64,000 nt of DNA from IMG/VR virus record IMGVR_UViG_3300028114_000011, positions 1 to 64,000 of that record; one strand, 5' to 3'. This document shows positions 8,832-18,478 of this stretch, one piece after another. Below the pieces are notes generated by a model. The model ran no database searches and was not told the origin of the DNA. It saw only the letters and a program-made list of their open reading frames with translations. The position numbers were made by a program, and so were the translations under genes. Source of the stretch: an uncultured virus (IMG/VR IMGVR_UViG_3300028114_000011) (taxonomy: Duplodnaviria; Heunggongvirae; Uroviricota; Caudoviricetes). Every line of letters begins with the position of its first letter. Positions within the stretch are counted from its first letter, which is position 1.

Positions 8832-8978
8832 ATGGCAGGATGCGGATGTAAAAACAATCAACAACAAACACAAACTCAAACACAAACTCAACAAACTCAA
8901 ACACAAGCACAACAAACAACACAAACTGTTAAAAGTGCCGTAACAAAAATTGTTGAAAAGTATTACAACAAAAAGTAA
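8832..8978 (+). CDS. Small Gln/Thr-rich peptide with N-terminal CGC (48 aa)
   Basis: MAGCGCKNNQQQTQTQ...VKSAVTKIVEKYYNKK; TATTTAT at 8795-8801. Confidence 0.6.
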   Translation: MAGCGCKNNQQQTQTQTQTQQTQTQAQQTTQTVKSAVTKIVEKYYNKK

Positions 8979-9041
8979 TTAGTATTTAACTTAATTTTTT
9001 TTTTACATAAGATTGTAAAAATAAAAAGTTAAATATTAAAA

Positions 9042-9893
9042 ATGTCACAAATAGAAATCAACAATCCATTAGATGGAAAAAGATTATGTAATGCTTTAGC
9101 GGATTTACTTGTAAAAAAATTTGAAGAAACAACTCCTGGGTGTAAAACTGAAATAACAGTATTTAACCACAGGAGTTTTTTTATTGTGAATGGTTTTACA
9201 ACCTCAACTAAAACAATAAACATTGCAGACTTATTCAAAAATTATCTCAAAAATTTTAATGATAAGATGTATGAAACTATCAAAGTAATTGATATTATCA
9301 AATTTGTGGATGTTTTAGTTGTAAATCCACTAAACATTAATTTTAATTACAATAAAAATTATGATAGTATTCAAAAGGAACTATGTTTATTAGTGGATGA
9401 ATTTTTCAATAATGGAATCAAAGTAAACTTAAAGTTAGATTTAAAAAATAAAATAATGTTTTATCAAGCAAATAATAGTGAGTCCTTATTTGTTGAAAAG
9501 TTAAATTTAAAGTATCCCGAATATAAGTTAATTAAGTATAATTTTGATAATATAGAATACAGTTCAGATAAAAAATATGGTTTATCTTTTGGAAGTGAAA
9601 AATTATATTATTTTTTAGGTGACTACATATCAAATCATTTATTTAATAAATCAATATCTAATAAATTAAAATTTTGTATGTATAGTGATGAAAATTTTAA
9701 AGATATTAATTCAGAAAATATTATTTTTAAAATATCAAATAATGACCATATTGTTAAAACAGAATGGTTAGAGTCTTTAGTTTTAGATGTATTCCCATTT
9801 GATTCAGGTTCATTACTTAATACTTTCACTGAAGAAAATTTAGAAACAAAAACTAAAGAACTTAATTTAATTAATGAACTTATATTATTCTGA
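9042..9893 (+). CDS. Hypothetical protein with degenerate SAM-synthetase (MetK)-like N-terminus
   Basis: KRLCNALADLLVKKF...CKTEITVFNHRSFFIVNGFTT follows the pattern of MetK DKICDQISDAIL...ACET...VAGEITT. Confidence 0.45.
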   Translation: MSQIEINNPLDGKRLCNALADLLVKKFEETTPGCKTEITVFNHRSFFIVNGFTTSTKTINIADLFKNYLKNFNDKMYETIKVIDIIKFVDVLVVNPLNINFNYNKNYDSIQKELCLLVDEFFNNGIKVNLKLDLKNKIMFYQANNSESLFVEKLNLKYPEYKLIKYNFDNIEYSSDKKYGLSFGSEKLYYFLGDYISNHLFNKSISNKLKFCMYSDENFKDINSENIIFKISNNDHIVKTEWLESLVLDVFPFDSGSLLNTFTEENLETKTKELNLINELILF

Positions 9894-10175
9894 CAAATAT
9901 TTACGGACCAACTCTAAAGCCTCTGTTACGCCTTCGTAGTCGTCATCAGGGGCTAAAAGTTTAACGTTTGAATAATCTTCATTATTTTCTTCCAATGTCA
10001 TTAACATAAGTGCCGGAACATATTCATTATTTTTAGCTTCAGCAAACGCTCCATACTCCTCTTCATATTCGTAAATATCTCTATCCACATAAGGTATGTT
10101 GTGTTCATCAAACAACTCTTTAATATGAACACAATGAGGACAACTTTTCATACTAAATAAAATTACTACTTTCAT
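9885..10175 (-). CDS. Glutaredoxin-like protein
   Basis: CPHC active site and cis-Pro YVP motif. Confidence 0.85.
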   Translation of the reverse strand: MKVVILFSMKSCPHCVHIKELFDEHNIPYVDRDIYEYEEEYGAFAEAKNNEYVPALMLMTLEENNEDYSNVKLLAPDDDYEGVTEALELVRKYLSE

Positions 10176-10513
10176 ATACTATCTATTGTAAAATATTTAT
10201 TTAAACCTAATAATAAAATATCTATTTTGGATACGTTATCTGTCAAGATATTTATTTTATAGGTCATTTCATTTTTATTTTTTTGGAAAAAAATTAAAAT
10301 CTCATGTTTACTCCACCTAATGGTGCCTTCAATATACTGATGTTTTGTATCATATACCGAATTAGACCAAATAAGATTTCCTTTAGTTATTAACTGATTT
10401 AAACCTTCGTTTGTTATATTTTTTGTTCTAACACAATTTGGTCTCAAATTGTTTTCAAACAATGATTTAAAAATGTCATAAACATATTCTGGAACAAATT
10501 CTTCTTTTTCCAT
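10172..10513 (-). CDS. Hypothetical protein
   Basis: 113-aa ORF. Confidence 0.65.
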   Translation of the reverse strand: MEKEEFVPEYVYDIFKSLFENNLRPNCVRTKNITNEGLNQLITKGNLIWSNSVYDTKHQYIEGTIRWSKHEILIFFQKNKNEMTYKINILTDNVSKIDILLLGLNKYFTIDSI

Positions 10514-10533
10514 AGTAAAAAATAATAAGTCAT

Positions 10534-12249
10534 TTAAGGAAGTAAATCTTCAAAAAAATTGTTGCCTTCTAATTGTAAATATTGTTCATCTAAAATTTGA
10601 TGTTGCCAAGTACTAAATTCTTCTGTTTCATTTTCCCATCTTGGCATTAAAGCAACTATTCTTGTCCCTAAATGTTCAGAACTTTTGAATGTAGAAACTT
10701 GTTCAACAACTTTTCCGTTTCTATACTTTTTAACCATTTTAGGTAGTTTTAAAGTACCTAACTTATAAAGTAGGTTGATATTTGCCAATTGAATGTTTGC
10801 AACTTCTGAAAATTCTAATGATGGTTGGTAGTTGTATTTAGCTCTTTCTTGAACATTCAATACTTCATCACTCCTGAATATATACTCAACAGTAATTCTG
10901 TCGTCCCCATCTTTAGAATCTTTTCTAATTGAAAAAATTATGCTGTCAGCCCTTTCAACATATGTTCTTACACAATTTTTTTGATGTTGTGATTCTTTTT
11001 CGTAATCCCAAGAAGTTTTCAATAAAACTGGATAATAGGTTTCACCTTTATGTTCTATTGGTTTTTCTAAATCATCTATATTTCCGTAAAATCTTTCAAT
11101 TTCCCCCGTTCTATAAGACTGAATTAATCTACTCCATTCTTCATGTTCTACATTGAATTCGTGAATTGAGTTGAATTTCATTTTTACATTTTCTCCAAGT
11201 TTTGTTAATTTCCTTTTGAAATTAATATGCTCACATAATGTTGAATACAAATAATTGTCCATATTTTCACACAACAGAACAATCCTATCTTTTTCTTTAT
11301 CCGTTAGTTCTAGACCTTCAAACAAATAATTGTCCTGATGTGGTTGTGTTAGATGATACCAATCAGATGGTGACTCTTCCTCGTTTAATTTTATTTCGTT
11401 ATTTGTTTTGAAAATTTTTTCATTTAGTTTGTTAAATCTATCAATACCCAAAAGGTGGTAAAGGCATATCATTTTTTCAAAATTTAAAAGTTTAATCTCA
11501 TTCAGCATTTTTTTAGCTTTATTTCCTTTAATTTTTAATGCCCCCATAAATGTGTCTACAAGGTTCATATTGTTTTTTCTTAAATCTTTAAGAGAAACAA
11601 AAGTACCTGAAAACTTAATCCATTCATTTGGTAACTTCACTCCCTGTATAAGGTATTTTGTTAAACTATAAAATGAATAAACGTTATTTGTTTTGAAGTT
11701 TTGAGGATTTTTTAGTTCTAACTTTTCCCAAATTTTTCCTAAAAAAAAGTATATGTAACTTTGTGAGTCAACTGTTTCGTGAATTTTTAACGCATATGTT
11801 ATATTAAAAATATTATTACAAGTCGGATTTACTTTCATTGAGGTTCCGATTTTCTTTTTGTTTTTACCATTAAAGGTTCCAAGATAAAACATTTTTGTTT
11901 TAAAATTGAATGACAAAAAGTTAGTCTGTTTTCTAACAACAAAATATCTATTTGATAAAATCCTATAACGTGTATAAACTTGAGACTTTAAGGAAATTGA
12001 ATCTTCACTTTCTTCAACAAATATTCTTCTTCTCTGAAAGGATAAGTCAGCCATTAAATTACCATAGTTTTTTTCATAATCTACCTCATCAAAAGATTGG
12101 TAATCATCAAAATATTTTAATTCTTTTTTTGTGACATAATTATCAACTTTTTCTACGGGTTCTACAGGACAATAGTTTTTGAAAACTCTTGTATTATATG
12201 ATTTAATTTCAAGAAATTTATGAAATGTTTTACCTTCTACTTTTAGCAT
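10534..12249 (-). CDS. PcfJ-domain protein (probable start MLKVEG at 12249)
   Basis: C-terminal EKESQHQKNCVRTY...IFSIR...RITVE motif; TACATTTG box at 12255-12262. Confidence 0.75.
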   Translation of the reverse strand: MLKVEGKTFHKFLEIKSYNTRVFKNYCPVEPVEKVDNYVTKKELKYFDDYQSFDEVDYEKNYGNLMADLSFQRRRIFVEESEDSISLKSQVYTRYRILSNRYFVVRKQTNFLSFNFKTKMFYLGTFNGKNKKKIGTSMKVNPTCNNIFNITYALKIHETVDSQSYIYFFLGKIWEKLELKNPQNFKTNNVYSFYSLTKYLIQGVKLPNEWIKFSGTFVSLKDLRKNNMNLVDTFMGALKIKGNKAKKMLNEIKLLNFEKMICLYHLLGIDRFNKLNEKIFKTNNEIKLNEEESPSDWYHLTQPHQDNYLFEGLELTDKEKDRIVLLCENMDNYLYSTLCEHINFKRKLTKLGENVKMKFNSIHEFNVEHEEWSRLIQSYRTGEIERFYGNIDDLEKPIEHKGETYYPVLLKTSWDYEKESQHQKNCVRTYVERADSIIFSIRKDSKDGDDRITVEYIFRSDEVLNVQERAKYNYQPSLEFSEVANIQLANINLLYKLGTLKLPKMVKKYRNGKVVEQVSTFKSSEHLGTRIVALMPRWENETEEFSTWQHQILDEQYLQLEGNNFFEDLLP

Positions 12250-12286
12250 AATTACAAATGTATATATAATTTTAAAATAAAAAAAA

Positions 12287-12574
12287 TTAGTTAAGTGATA
12301 TTTTACCCATATGGTGGTCCATAAATGTACCCACAATTTTGTCTAACTTTTTGACGGTTGCGTTTTTTTGAACTTCAAGAATAATTTCTATCATTTGTTT
12401 TCTTGTTGGTGCTAACTCCTTTTCATCCTTTTCATTTGTTTCAACAATTTTTCTTATTTTCTGAAAGAAAATATTGCTGTCATTGTCACCAATAAGTATT
12501 TTTAATTGTTCGGGATTTTTGTCAAAAAACTTGACAAGATTTGTCATATAAATTTCAATATCAACATTACTCAT
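12287..12574 (-). CDS. Hypothetical protein
   Basis: 95-aa ORF. Confidence 0.65.
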   Translation of the reverse strand: MSNVDIEIYMTNLVKFFDKNPEQLKILIGDNDSNIFFQKIRKIVETNEKDEKELAPTRKQMIEIILEVQKNATVKKLDKIVGTFMDHHMGKISLN

Positions 12575-12613
12575 AAGACAAAGTTAATAAAACTCTTCTT
12601 AAATGTAAAATTT

Positions 12614-13975
12614 TTAGAAGAAAATATGTAATGGTGAATCATCACTAATGTTTTGTAAACTTTCAGGTAACGCATCTTTATTACTTCCTTTAAGATTAAT
12701 AATAGAAAGTCTTGGTAATTCTGAAATACAATCAGGTAATCTTTGTAACTCTGGGTTATCAGGTAAAGACAAGAATTGTAGTTTTTGAAGATTACAAATT
12801 GAATCCGGTAACGACACAACACAACCAACTAAGTGGATAGCCGTAAGATTTGTTAATTCACCAATACTTTGTGGGAATTTGAATTTCAATTCTGCACCTT
12901 TAGCTATAATTTCAAGTCTTGTAATGGTTTTAGGTAAACTGTTAATAAATTCTTCAGTTCCGTATAATGCCATAAATTTGGATGCTGGGTCTCTTGGGTA
13001 ATCAACAGTGGCTTTGTTTTTATCAACACCTTGCATAATATTTTCCATCATTTCAGGTTTGAAATATGTTTTCAAATCTTCATTTTTCTTTAAAAACTCA
13101 ACAAGGTCAATTTGCCTGTCATCTGCGTCCATAAACTGTTTGTCTTGGAAATGGAATTGGTATCTATTTGCAGGTAAACCTGATATGTCACCTACTTCTT
13201 TACCATAGCCTTTAAATGGTGTTGGTGAATTTGGAATAACAACATAAAGTGGTCCTTTTGATAAATAAGATTTCCAATAACTAAGACCAGGTGAAGATGT
13301 ACACCATCTTGTTTCACCTTTAATTGGTTCGTTGTGGGAACCACCATAAAAACAAGCGGCATCTTTACCTAAATCATCAGTTCTTGTAATTTTTACCACT
13401 GTCCAATTAGAAAGTCTTGTAACATTATCGGCACCTGGATGTGAATATGTTTGTGAGGCTTCTTTTTTCTCTTCTTTAGATGCCTTGGTTTTTTCTAAAC
13501 TAAAATCTTTTACTTGGTCGTAAAGTGTCTGTGGTGTTAGTTTATTGATGTCTCTATATTCTTGTGGTAATTTGTTTTTGTTTCTTTCAAACTTCATCAA
13601 ATCTTGAGTTGTTTTATACAAATCTTCTAAAAACAAATCTTGCCATTCCTTAATTGCTTGTTTTACCGCAGGACTATTAGGGTCGGTAACTCCACTTTGA
13701 AATTCAATTTTTGGTGATACAAAGTTTTTCAATAACCATTGGGTGTACTTACCAATTTTAACGTTCTCCATTTTTTCAGCAGTAACATTATCTTCAGTCA
13801 TGCCATCAGGAATTTTTGATGTGGGGTCTCCTGCGATAATTTTAAATAATACTTGTAAAGGCATCATTCCTTTTTGCCCTCTTTCCTTTGGTTTAACGTA
13901 TTTGTCAAAAAGAACTTGAAATCTTGAACTTTCAAGAATTATATCTCTTAAAATATTGGTAAATCTAATAGCCAT
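12614..13975 (-). CDS. Phage protein with central TRWCTS domain and C-terminal leucine-rich repeats
   Basis: LPDSICNLQKLQFLSL and LPDCISELPRLSIINL repeats; IILES leader; TATTTAT upstream. Confidence 0.75.
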   Translation of the reverse strand: MAIRFTNILRDIILESSRFQVLFDKYVKPKERGQKGMMPLQVLFKIIAGDPTSKIPDGMTEDNVTAEKMENVKIGKYTQWLLKNFVSPKIEFQSGVTDPNSPAVKQAIKEWQDLFLEDLYKTTQDLMKFERNKNKLPQEYRDINKLTPQTLYDQVKDFSLEKTKASKEEKKEASQTYSHPGADNVTRLSNWTVVKITRTDDLGKDAACFYGGSHNEPIKGETRWCTSSPGLSYWKSYLSKGPLYVVIPNSPTPFKGYGKEVGDISGLPANRYQFHFQDKQFMDADDRQIDLVEFLKKNEDLKTYFKPEMMENIMQGVDKNKATVDYPRDPASKFMALYGTEEFINSLPKTITRLEIIAKGAELKFKFPQSIGELTNLTAIHLVGCVVSLPDSICNLQKLQFLSLPDNPELQRLPDCISELPRLSIINLKGSNKDALPESLQNISDDSPLHIFF

Positions 13976-14021
13976 CTTAATTATTTTATATATAAATATT
14001 ATGATTTAAAGAAAACGATAA

Positions 14022-14870
14022 TTAATAGTTCATTATTAGTAGTTCTTCTCCCATGTTTTGTTTTTCACCTTTCTTTGCCGCTGCCGCTTTAGCAAACTCT
14101 TTTTTAACCCAAGTGTATTGGTCTTCAGGAAACCATTGGTGTAATAATTCAAAATCATAATACGATAAAGAAAACTTACCTTGAACATTATGTAATACAT
14201 TAGCAAGTCTTTCGTGGTCTTGTCTATCAAAATCGTGATTTGAGTAATATTTCCCTTCACCAACGATATAATACGGCGGGTCAACATAAAAATATGTCGT
14301 AGGTGAGTCATATTTTGTGATTACATCTCCAAAATCCATATTTTCAACATCAGTAATTTTAAGAAAATGTTCAATGTAATTACTATCCATTAATTTATTT
14401 TTAAATGATGTGAATTTTGAGTGATATTTACCTTTTAAATCAATAAATTTGGATTTTTCAGGATTTGCCCCCGAGAACACTTGACTTAAAACGTATGCAT
14501 ATTTTGCCGCAGTTTTATAGTCACCAGTCTCTACGTTGAAATTTTCATTGAATAATTCAGCCTGAAAGTTGATAAATTGTTCTTCACATATTGGGTTAGT
14601 TGGTGTAATCCCTTTTTGTTGAACAACTAATTTTTCACATTCTTCTAACAATCTTTTTGGGTTCCTTATGCAATAAAATAGATTGTAATTTAAAGGGTTA
14701 TAGTCATTATATACAACTTTATTTAAATTAGGATAATTTTTTAAATCCATTTTAAGGAAAACCCAAAACATTCCGCTAAAACTTTCAACGTATGTTTCAA
14801 TATCATTAGGAATATAAGGTATGATGAATGATGAAATTTTGGATTTACCTCCGATATAACTTAGTGCCAT
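14022..14870 (-). CDS. Dam-like DNA adenine methyltransferase (D12 class)
   Basis: YIGGKS, YVESFSG, VYND and FYVDPPY motifs. Confidence 0.9.
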   Translation of the reverse strand: MALSYIGGKSKISSFIIPYIPNDIETYVESFSGMFWVFLKMDLKNYPNLNKVVYNDYNPLNYNLFYCIRNPKRLLEECEKLVVQQKGITPTNPICEEQFINFQAELFNENFNVETGDYKTAAKYAYVLSQVFSGANPEKSKFIDLKGKYHSKFTSFKNKLMDSNYIEHFLKITDVENMDFGDVITKYDSPTTYFYVDPPYYIVGEGKYYSNHDFDRQDHERLANVLHNVQGKFSLSYYDFELLHQWFPEDQYTWVKKEFAKAAAAKKGEKQNMGEELLIMNY

Positions 14871-15005
14871 TTATTTAATTTCTTTAAACTTTGTTAATTT
14901 TCTTTCTAAAAAAGTGAATGCATTTGAGTAAATATAATTCTTAAAATTCATAAAGTCCATTTTTTTAATATTTATTTTCAACTAACTGATAATTAAATTA
15001 TAGGT

Positions 15006-15161
15006 ATGAAAAAAGAAAAAGCAACAGAAGTAGGATGTAGTGCATGTAAAAAAGGCATGTCAGGTTCACAAAAATGGATTACAGTCTTGGCGGTTTATAT
15101 GTTAATTGCCGCAGTTTACGGAACAGTTGAAATGGTTAAAAATATTATATCTTTATTTTAA
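15006..15161 (+). CDS. Small CxxC membrane peptide (51 aa)
   Basis: MKKEKATEVGCSACKKGMSGSQKWITVLAVYMLIAAVYGTVEMVKNIISLF. Confidence 0.55.
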   Translation: MKKEKATEVGCSACKKGMSGSQKWITVLAVYMLIAAVYGTVEMVKNIISLF

Positions 15162-16124
15162 GATATTTTCTATTTGTTCTTTTTGTTCGTTTGTAAGTGT
15201 TATGGTATTTGTAATACTTAACTTTACGTACAGATTACCAATCCCATTATTGAGTTTATAACCCTTACCGACCAATTTAAGAGGTTTATCTGTGTCAAAA
15301 TTATCAGGTAGATTTATTTTAATATTACCGTCGGGATGTGGTATTTCTATTTCACCATTTAATAACAAGTCTTTAAAATTCAACTTTAAATAATAAACCA
15401 AGTCTGCGTTAGATTTTTCAAAATTATTATGTTTAATACAAACAACCTTTAAAATTAAATCACCTTTACCTAATCCAGGTATTTCGTCACCTATCCCCCT
15501 CATTCTCATAAAATCACCATTATCAACATTTTTGGGAATTTGGACATTAAATTTTGTGTGGTTAGATGTCACTCCGTTTCCATAACAAAACCCACAAGCA
15601 TCTATTAAGTATTCACCAACACCTTTACAATCCGTACAAGTTGCTTGTATTTGTGTTTTGAAAAATCCTGTACCTACAGTTTGGACGGTAAACCCTCTAC
15701 CTGCACATCTACTACAGACTTTTTTAGTACCACCAGTTCCATTACAACTATTACAAGATTTATTAACATCAACTTCTATTGTTTTTTCAACACCTTTATA
15801 AGATTCTTCTGCACTAATAACAATTTCAATAACTTTATCTGCCGGTTTTGGTTTCCTTTTGGATTGTCCCATCATTTCCTCAAAAATAGACCCAAATCCA
15901 AAATCGCCACCACCACCAAATGGGTTCCTCCTTTTCATATCGTAGTCACCTCTTTTTTTGTCATCCCCTAAAGTGTCATACGCTTCAGAAATCTCTTTAA
16001 ACTTTTCTTCACCTTCAGGGTTTACATCCGGATGGTATTGCTTACTTAATTTTTTATATGTTTTTTTTATATCTTCTTGTGTTGCGGTTTCAGAAACACC
16101 TAATATTTCATAATAGTTTTTCAT
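15153..16124 (-). CDS. dnaJ: DnaJ co-chaperone
   Basis: J-domain with HPD, G/F-rich linker, four CxxCxGxG repeats and C-terminal domain. Confidence 0.93.
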   Translation of the reverse strand: MKNYYEILGVSETATQEDIKKTYKKLSKQYHPDVNPEGEEKFKEISEAYDTLGDDKKRGDYDMKRRNPFGGGGDFGFGSIFEEMMGQSKRKPKPADKVIEIVISAEESYKGVEKTIEVDVNKSCNSCNGTGGTKKVCSRCAGRGFTVQTVGTGFFKTQIQATCTDCKGVGEYLIDACGFCYGNGVTSNHTKFNVQIPKNVDNGDFMRMRGIGDEIPGLGKGDLILKVVCIKHNNFEKSNADLVYYLKLNFKDLLLNGEIEIPHPDGNIKINLPDNFDTDKPLKLVGKGYKLNNGIGNLYVKLSITNTITLTNEQKEQIENILK

Positions 16125-16125
16125 A

Positions 16126-16767
16126 ATGTCAAATTATATTGTCGTACTTTTTAAGAATAAGAAAAAAAGAAAAATTATCAAACGTTATTTAACAGAAAAA
16201 AACGCGATAGATTCTTTTAAAGAATTGGTTAACAAAAATCAAAAAATCTTATTTGATAAAAAAATTGAAAACGCAACTCCGGTTGATTATCATATTGGTC
16301 TTTTAACAAACCAATCCAGTGTTCAAAATACACTTTATTTTGTTGATGATTTAGGTAGAAACCACGTTGCAAATTTACAAGATAAAGATTATGTTTTTTT
16401 AAAAATAGAAAAATTTAAAATTGAAGAAAAAATATACGACTATCAAAAAAAAGATAAAATAACTTTTGAAGATTTTATAAATTCGTATTGTAAAAGTAAT
16501 GAACTCAAAAACATTTTTTCACTGAACAACAAAATTTGTATTCAGATTAATGAAGATGTTTATCTTTTTTCATTAAAAGAAATTGAAGAGTCCCATAGGT
16601 TTTTAGACATCTTGGAAAAACATTTTTATGAAAACTCAAGAAATGATGCAATCATTGTAAGAGATGTATCAATTTCTCAAAGAAAATGGATTTATAATAT
16701 TTTAGTTGAAAAGGGTTACAATAAAAGAAACCTATATAGACAAAAAACTACTTTCTCAAAAAGGTAA
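16126..16767 (+). CDS. Hypothetical protein
   Basis: 213-aa ORF. Confidence 0.7.
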   Translation: MSNYIVVLFKNKKKRKIIKRYLTEKNAIDSFKELVNKNQKILFDKKIENATPVDYHIGLLTNQSSVQNTLYFVDDLGRNHVANLQDKDYVFLKIEKFKIEEKIYDYQKKDKITFEDFINSYCKSNELKNIFSLNNKICIQINEDVYLFSLKEIEESHRFLDILEKHFYENSRNDAIIVRDVSISQRKWIYNILVEKGYNKRNLYRQKTTFSKR

Positions 16768-16969
16768 ATTCCAAATTAGATATTTGAATTACACATTTTT
16801 TTTCGTTTTGATTAATCATTAGGTGTTGTAATAGATTAGAAAAGGTGCCTTCATCCAAAGACACCTTTACTTCAACTTTTTCATTTTTTATAAAAGAACT
16901 TTCAATTAAATCTGAAACCTGAGCCAGTTTTTCTAAGTCATCCCTAAAGCTTGCTTGATTCTCTCCCAT
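16748..16969 (-). CDS. Hypothetical protein
   Basis: 73-aa ORF in an overlapping operon. Confidence 0.6.
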   Translation of the reverse strand: MGENQASFRDDLEKLAQVSDLIESSFIKNEKVEVKVSLDEGTFSNLLQHLMINQNEKKCVIQISNLEFTFLRK

Positions 16970-17145
16970 AAAGTTAATTTTTTTGTTTCAGATATGGTAT
17001 TCTTTATTTCTGACGGTTTAAACATTTTGATTTCAGATGAAAACTTTTTTTTAAGTTCGTCATTAATCTTGTTGGACTTTTTTACTTCCTCCTTCAGCGA
17101 CTCCATTTCCCTCAACAACGGATGTAAGTTTTTGTTTGGTTCCAT
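16933..17145 (-). CDS. Hypothetical protein
   Basis: 70-aa ORF. Confidence 0.55.
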   Translation of the reverse strand: MEPNKNLHPLLREMESLKEEVKKSNKINDELKKKFSSEIKMFKPSEIKNTISETKKLTLWERIKQALGMT

Positions 17146-17527
17146 TAGTATTTAAAGTTGTTAATTCGTTAGTATCAAATTTCAAAGTTCTAAGGGTATC
17201 AATATCCCCATTTTCAAAAATACCTTTTAATTCATTCACTTTCATCTTAAAAAGTCTTTCTTTTTCTTCTCTTTCTAAATTTGTGGATATTACAGCATCA
17301 ATTGTTTTTTCTACAATATCAATTAAGGATGTGTTATTTTCACAAACAAAAGAAGTTATTGTTCTAGATTCATTATCTTGATTTTGTAAAATCTCTAATC
17401 CTTCTGGTGCCTTTTTTAACGTAGACCACGTTGATGGGAAAATCATATCGAATGTCACATAATTTTTTAAAATCCTTACTGACCTAAGATAACTTCCCGT
17501 TTTGTTAATAAATTCACTATAAATCAT
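17063..17527 (-). CDS. Hypothetical protein
   Basis: 154-aa ORF. Confidence 0.7.
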   Translation of the reverse strand: MIYSEFINKTGSYLRSVRILKNYVTFDMIFPSTWSTLKKAPEGLEILQNQDNESRTITSFVCENNTSLIDIVEKTIDAVISTNLEREEKERLFKMKVNELKGIFENGDIDTLRTLKFDTNELTTLNTNGTKQKLTSVVEGNGVAEGGSKKVQQD

Positions 17528-17709
17528 TACAACATAATTAAATAAGTTAATACATATGATATTGATAAACCATAATATAATTGTTCATACTTTTCAAATT
17601 CATAAGGTACTGGTGGGTTAGAAAAAACAGACCTAGAAAAATTAAATATAAAACGTAGTAGTAATAATATAGTGAAAATAAAACCAAAAAGTAATAGATA
17701 ATTAATCAT
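17527..17709 (-). CDS. Small two-TM membrane protein
   Basis: 60 aa with two hydrophobic segments. Confidence 0.6.
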   Translation of the reverse strand: MINYLLLFGFIFTILLLLRFIFNFSRSVFSNPPVPYEFEKYEQLYYGLSISYVLTYLIML

Positions 17710-17884
17710 TTTTTTCTTCCTTATTGTTATTTAAAATTTCAGTTCTTAGTTGTTGTGATAGACTTTTTAATTGTTGGCAAGTTTTTCTGGCTCTAATACC
17801 GGCAGACTTGTTTCCATTATAAAATTTTGTGGTGTCAACTGATAATTCTTCAACTAACGCCTTGATTTGTTCTAAAGTTTCCAT
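17702..17884 (-). CDS. Histone H1-like (Hc1-type) small protein
   Basis: KFYNGNKSAGIRARKTCQQLKSLSQQLR motif. Confidence 0.8.
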   Translation of the reverse strand: METLEQIKALVEELSVDTTKFYNGNKSAGIRARKTCQQLKSLSQQLRTEILNNNKEEKND

Positions 17885-17943
17885 TTATATTTTTTTATAC
17901 ATTTATTTTTTTTAATTTAAATACTATTAGGTGTTTGTAAATA

Positions 17944-18438
17944 TTATTGTGTCAATTTTACAGACCTTTCTAACATCTTATACAGTTCTGTAAAAATTTC
18001 AATATCAGATTTACTTTTAGGAGTTTCTAAATCAAACATGTGGTTAAAAAACTTATCAACAGTTTTTTTTATTTTTTCATCTTTTTGATTATAAAAGGTA
18101 TCAAAGAAAAAACTTTCAAAAAAAACAACGTCTTTTTGATTTAGTTGAAAATCTATATTTTCTTTTTTAAAACTTTCTATTGTTTTGTTAAGACACCAAT
18201 CAAAATGTTCTTTCTTTTGTTGTTCTGTCATACCTGTTTTAGTTTCTAATGAATTGTTGTTTTCTTCACCCAAGTATGTAATTTTTATTAATCCGTAAAA
18301 AGAAAAACAAAAATCTCTAAAAAGTTCAGTATATTCAGGGATGATATTGTTAGCTAAATACCAAGCAAATATATCTTCTTTTTCCATTGGTTTAGCTAAC
18401 CAATCAAAAAAATTCCCCATGTTATTAGATAATGACAT
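17944..18438 (-). CDS. Hypothetical protein
   Basis: 164-aa ORF (start may be the internal MGNFF). Confidence 0.7.
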   Translation of the reverse strand: MSLSNNMGNFFDWLAKPMEKEDIFAWYLANNIIPEYTELFRDFCFSFYGLIKITYLGEENNNSLETKTGMTEQQKKEHFDWCLNKTIESFKKENIDFQLNQKDVVFFESFFFDTFYNQKDEKIKKTVDKFFNHMFDLETPKSKSDIEIFTELYKMLERSVKLTQ

Positions 18439-18478
18439 GGGGAAAATATAATATAATTTTTATGAAAATGAATTTTAA

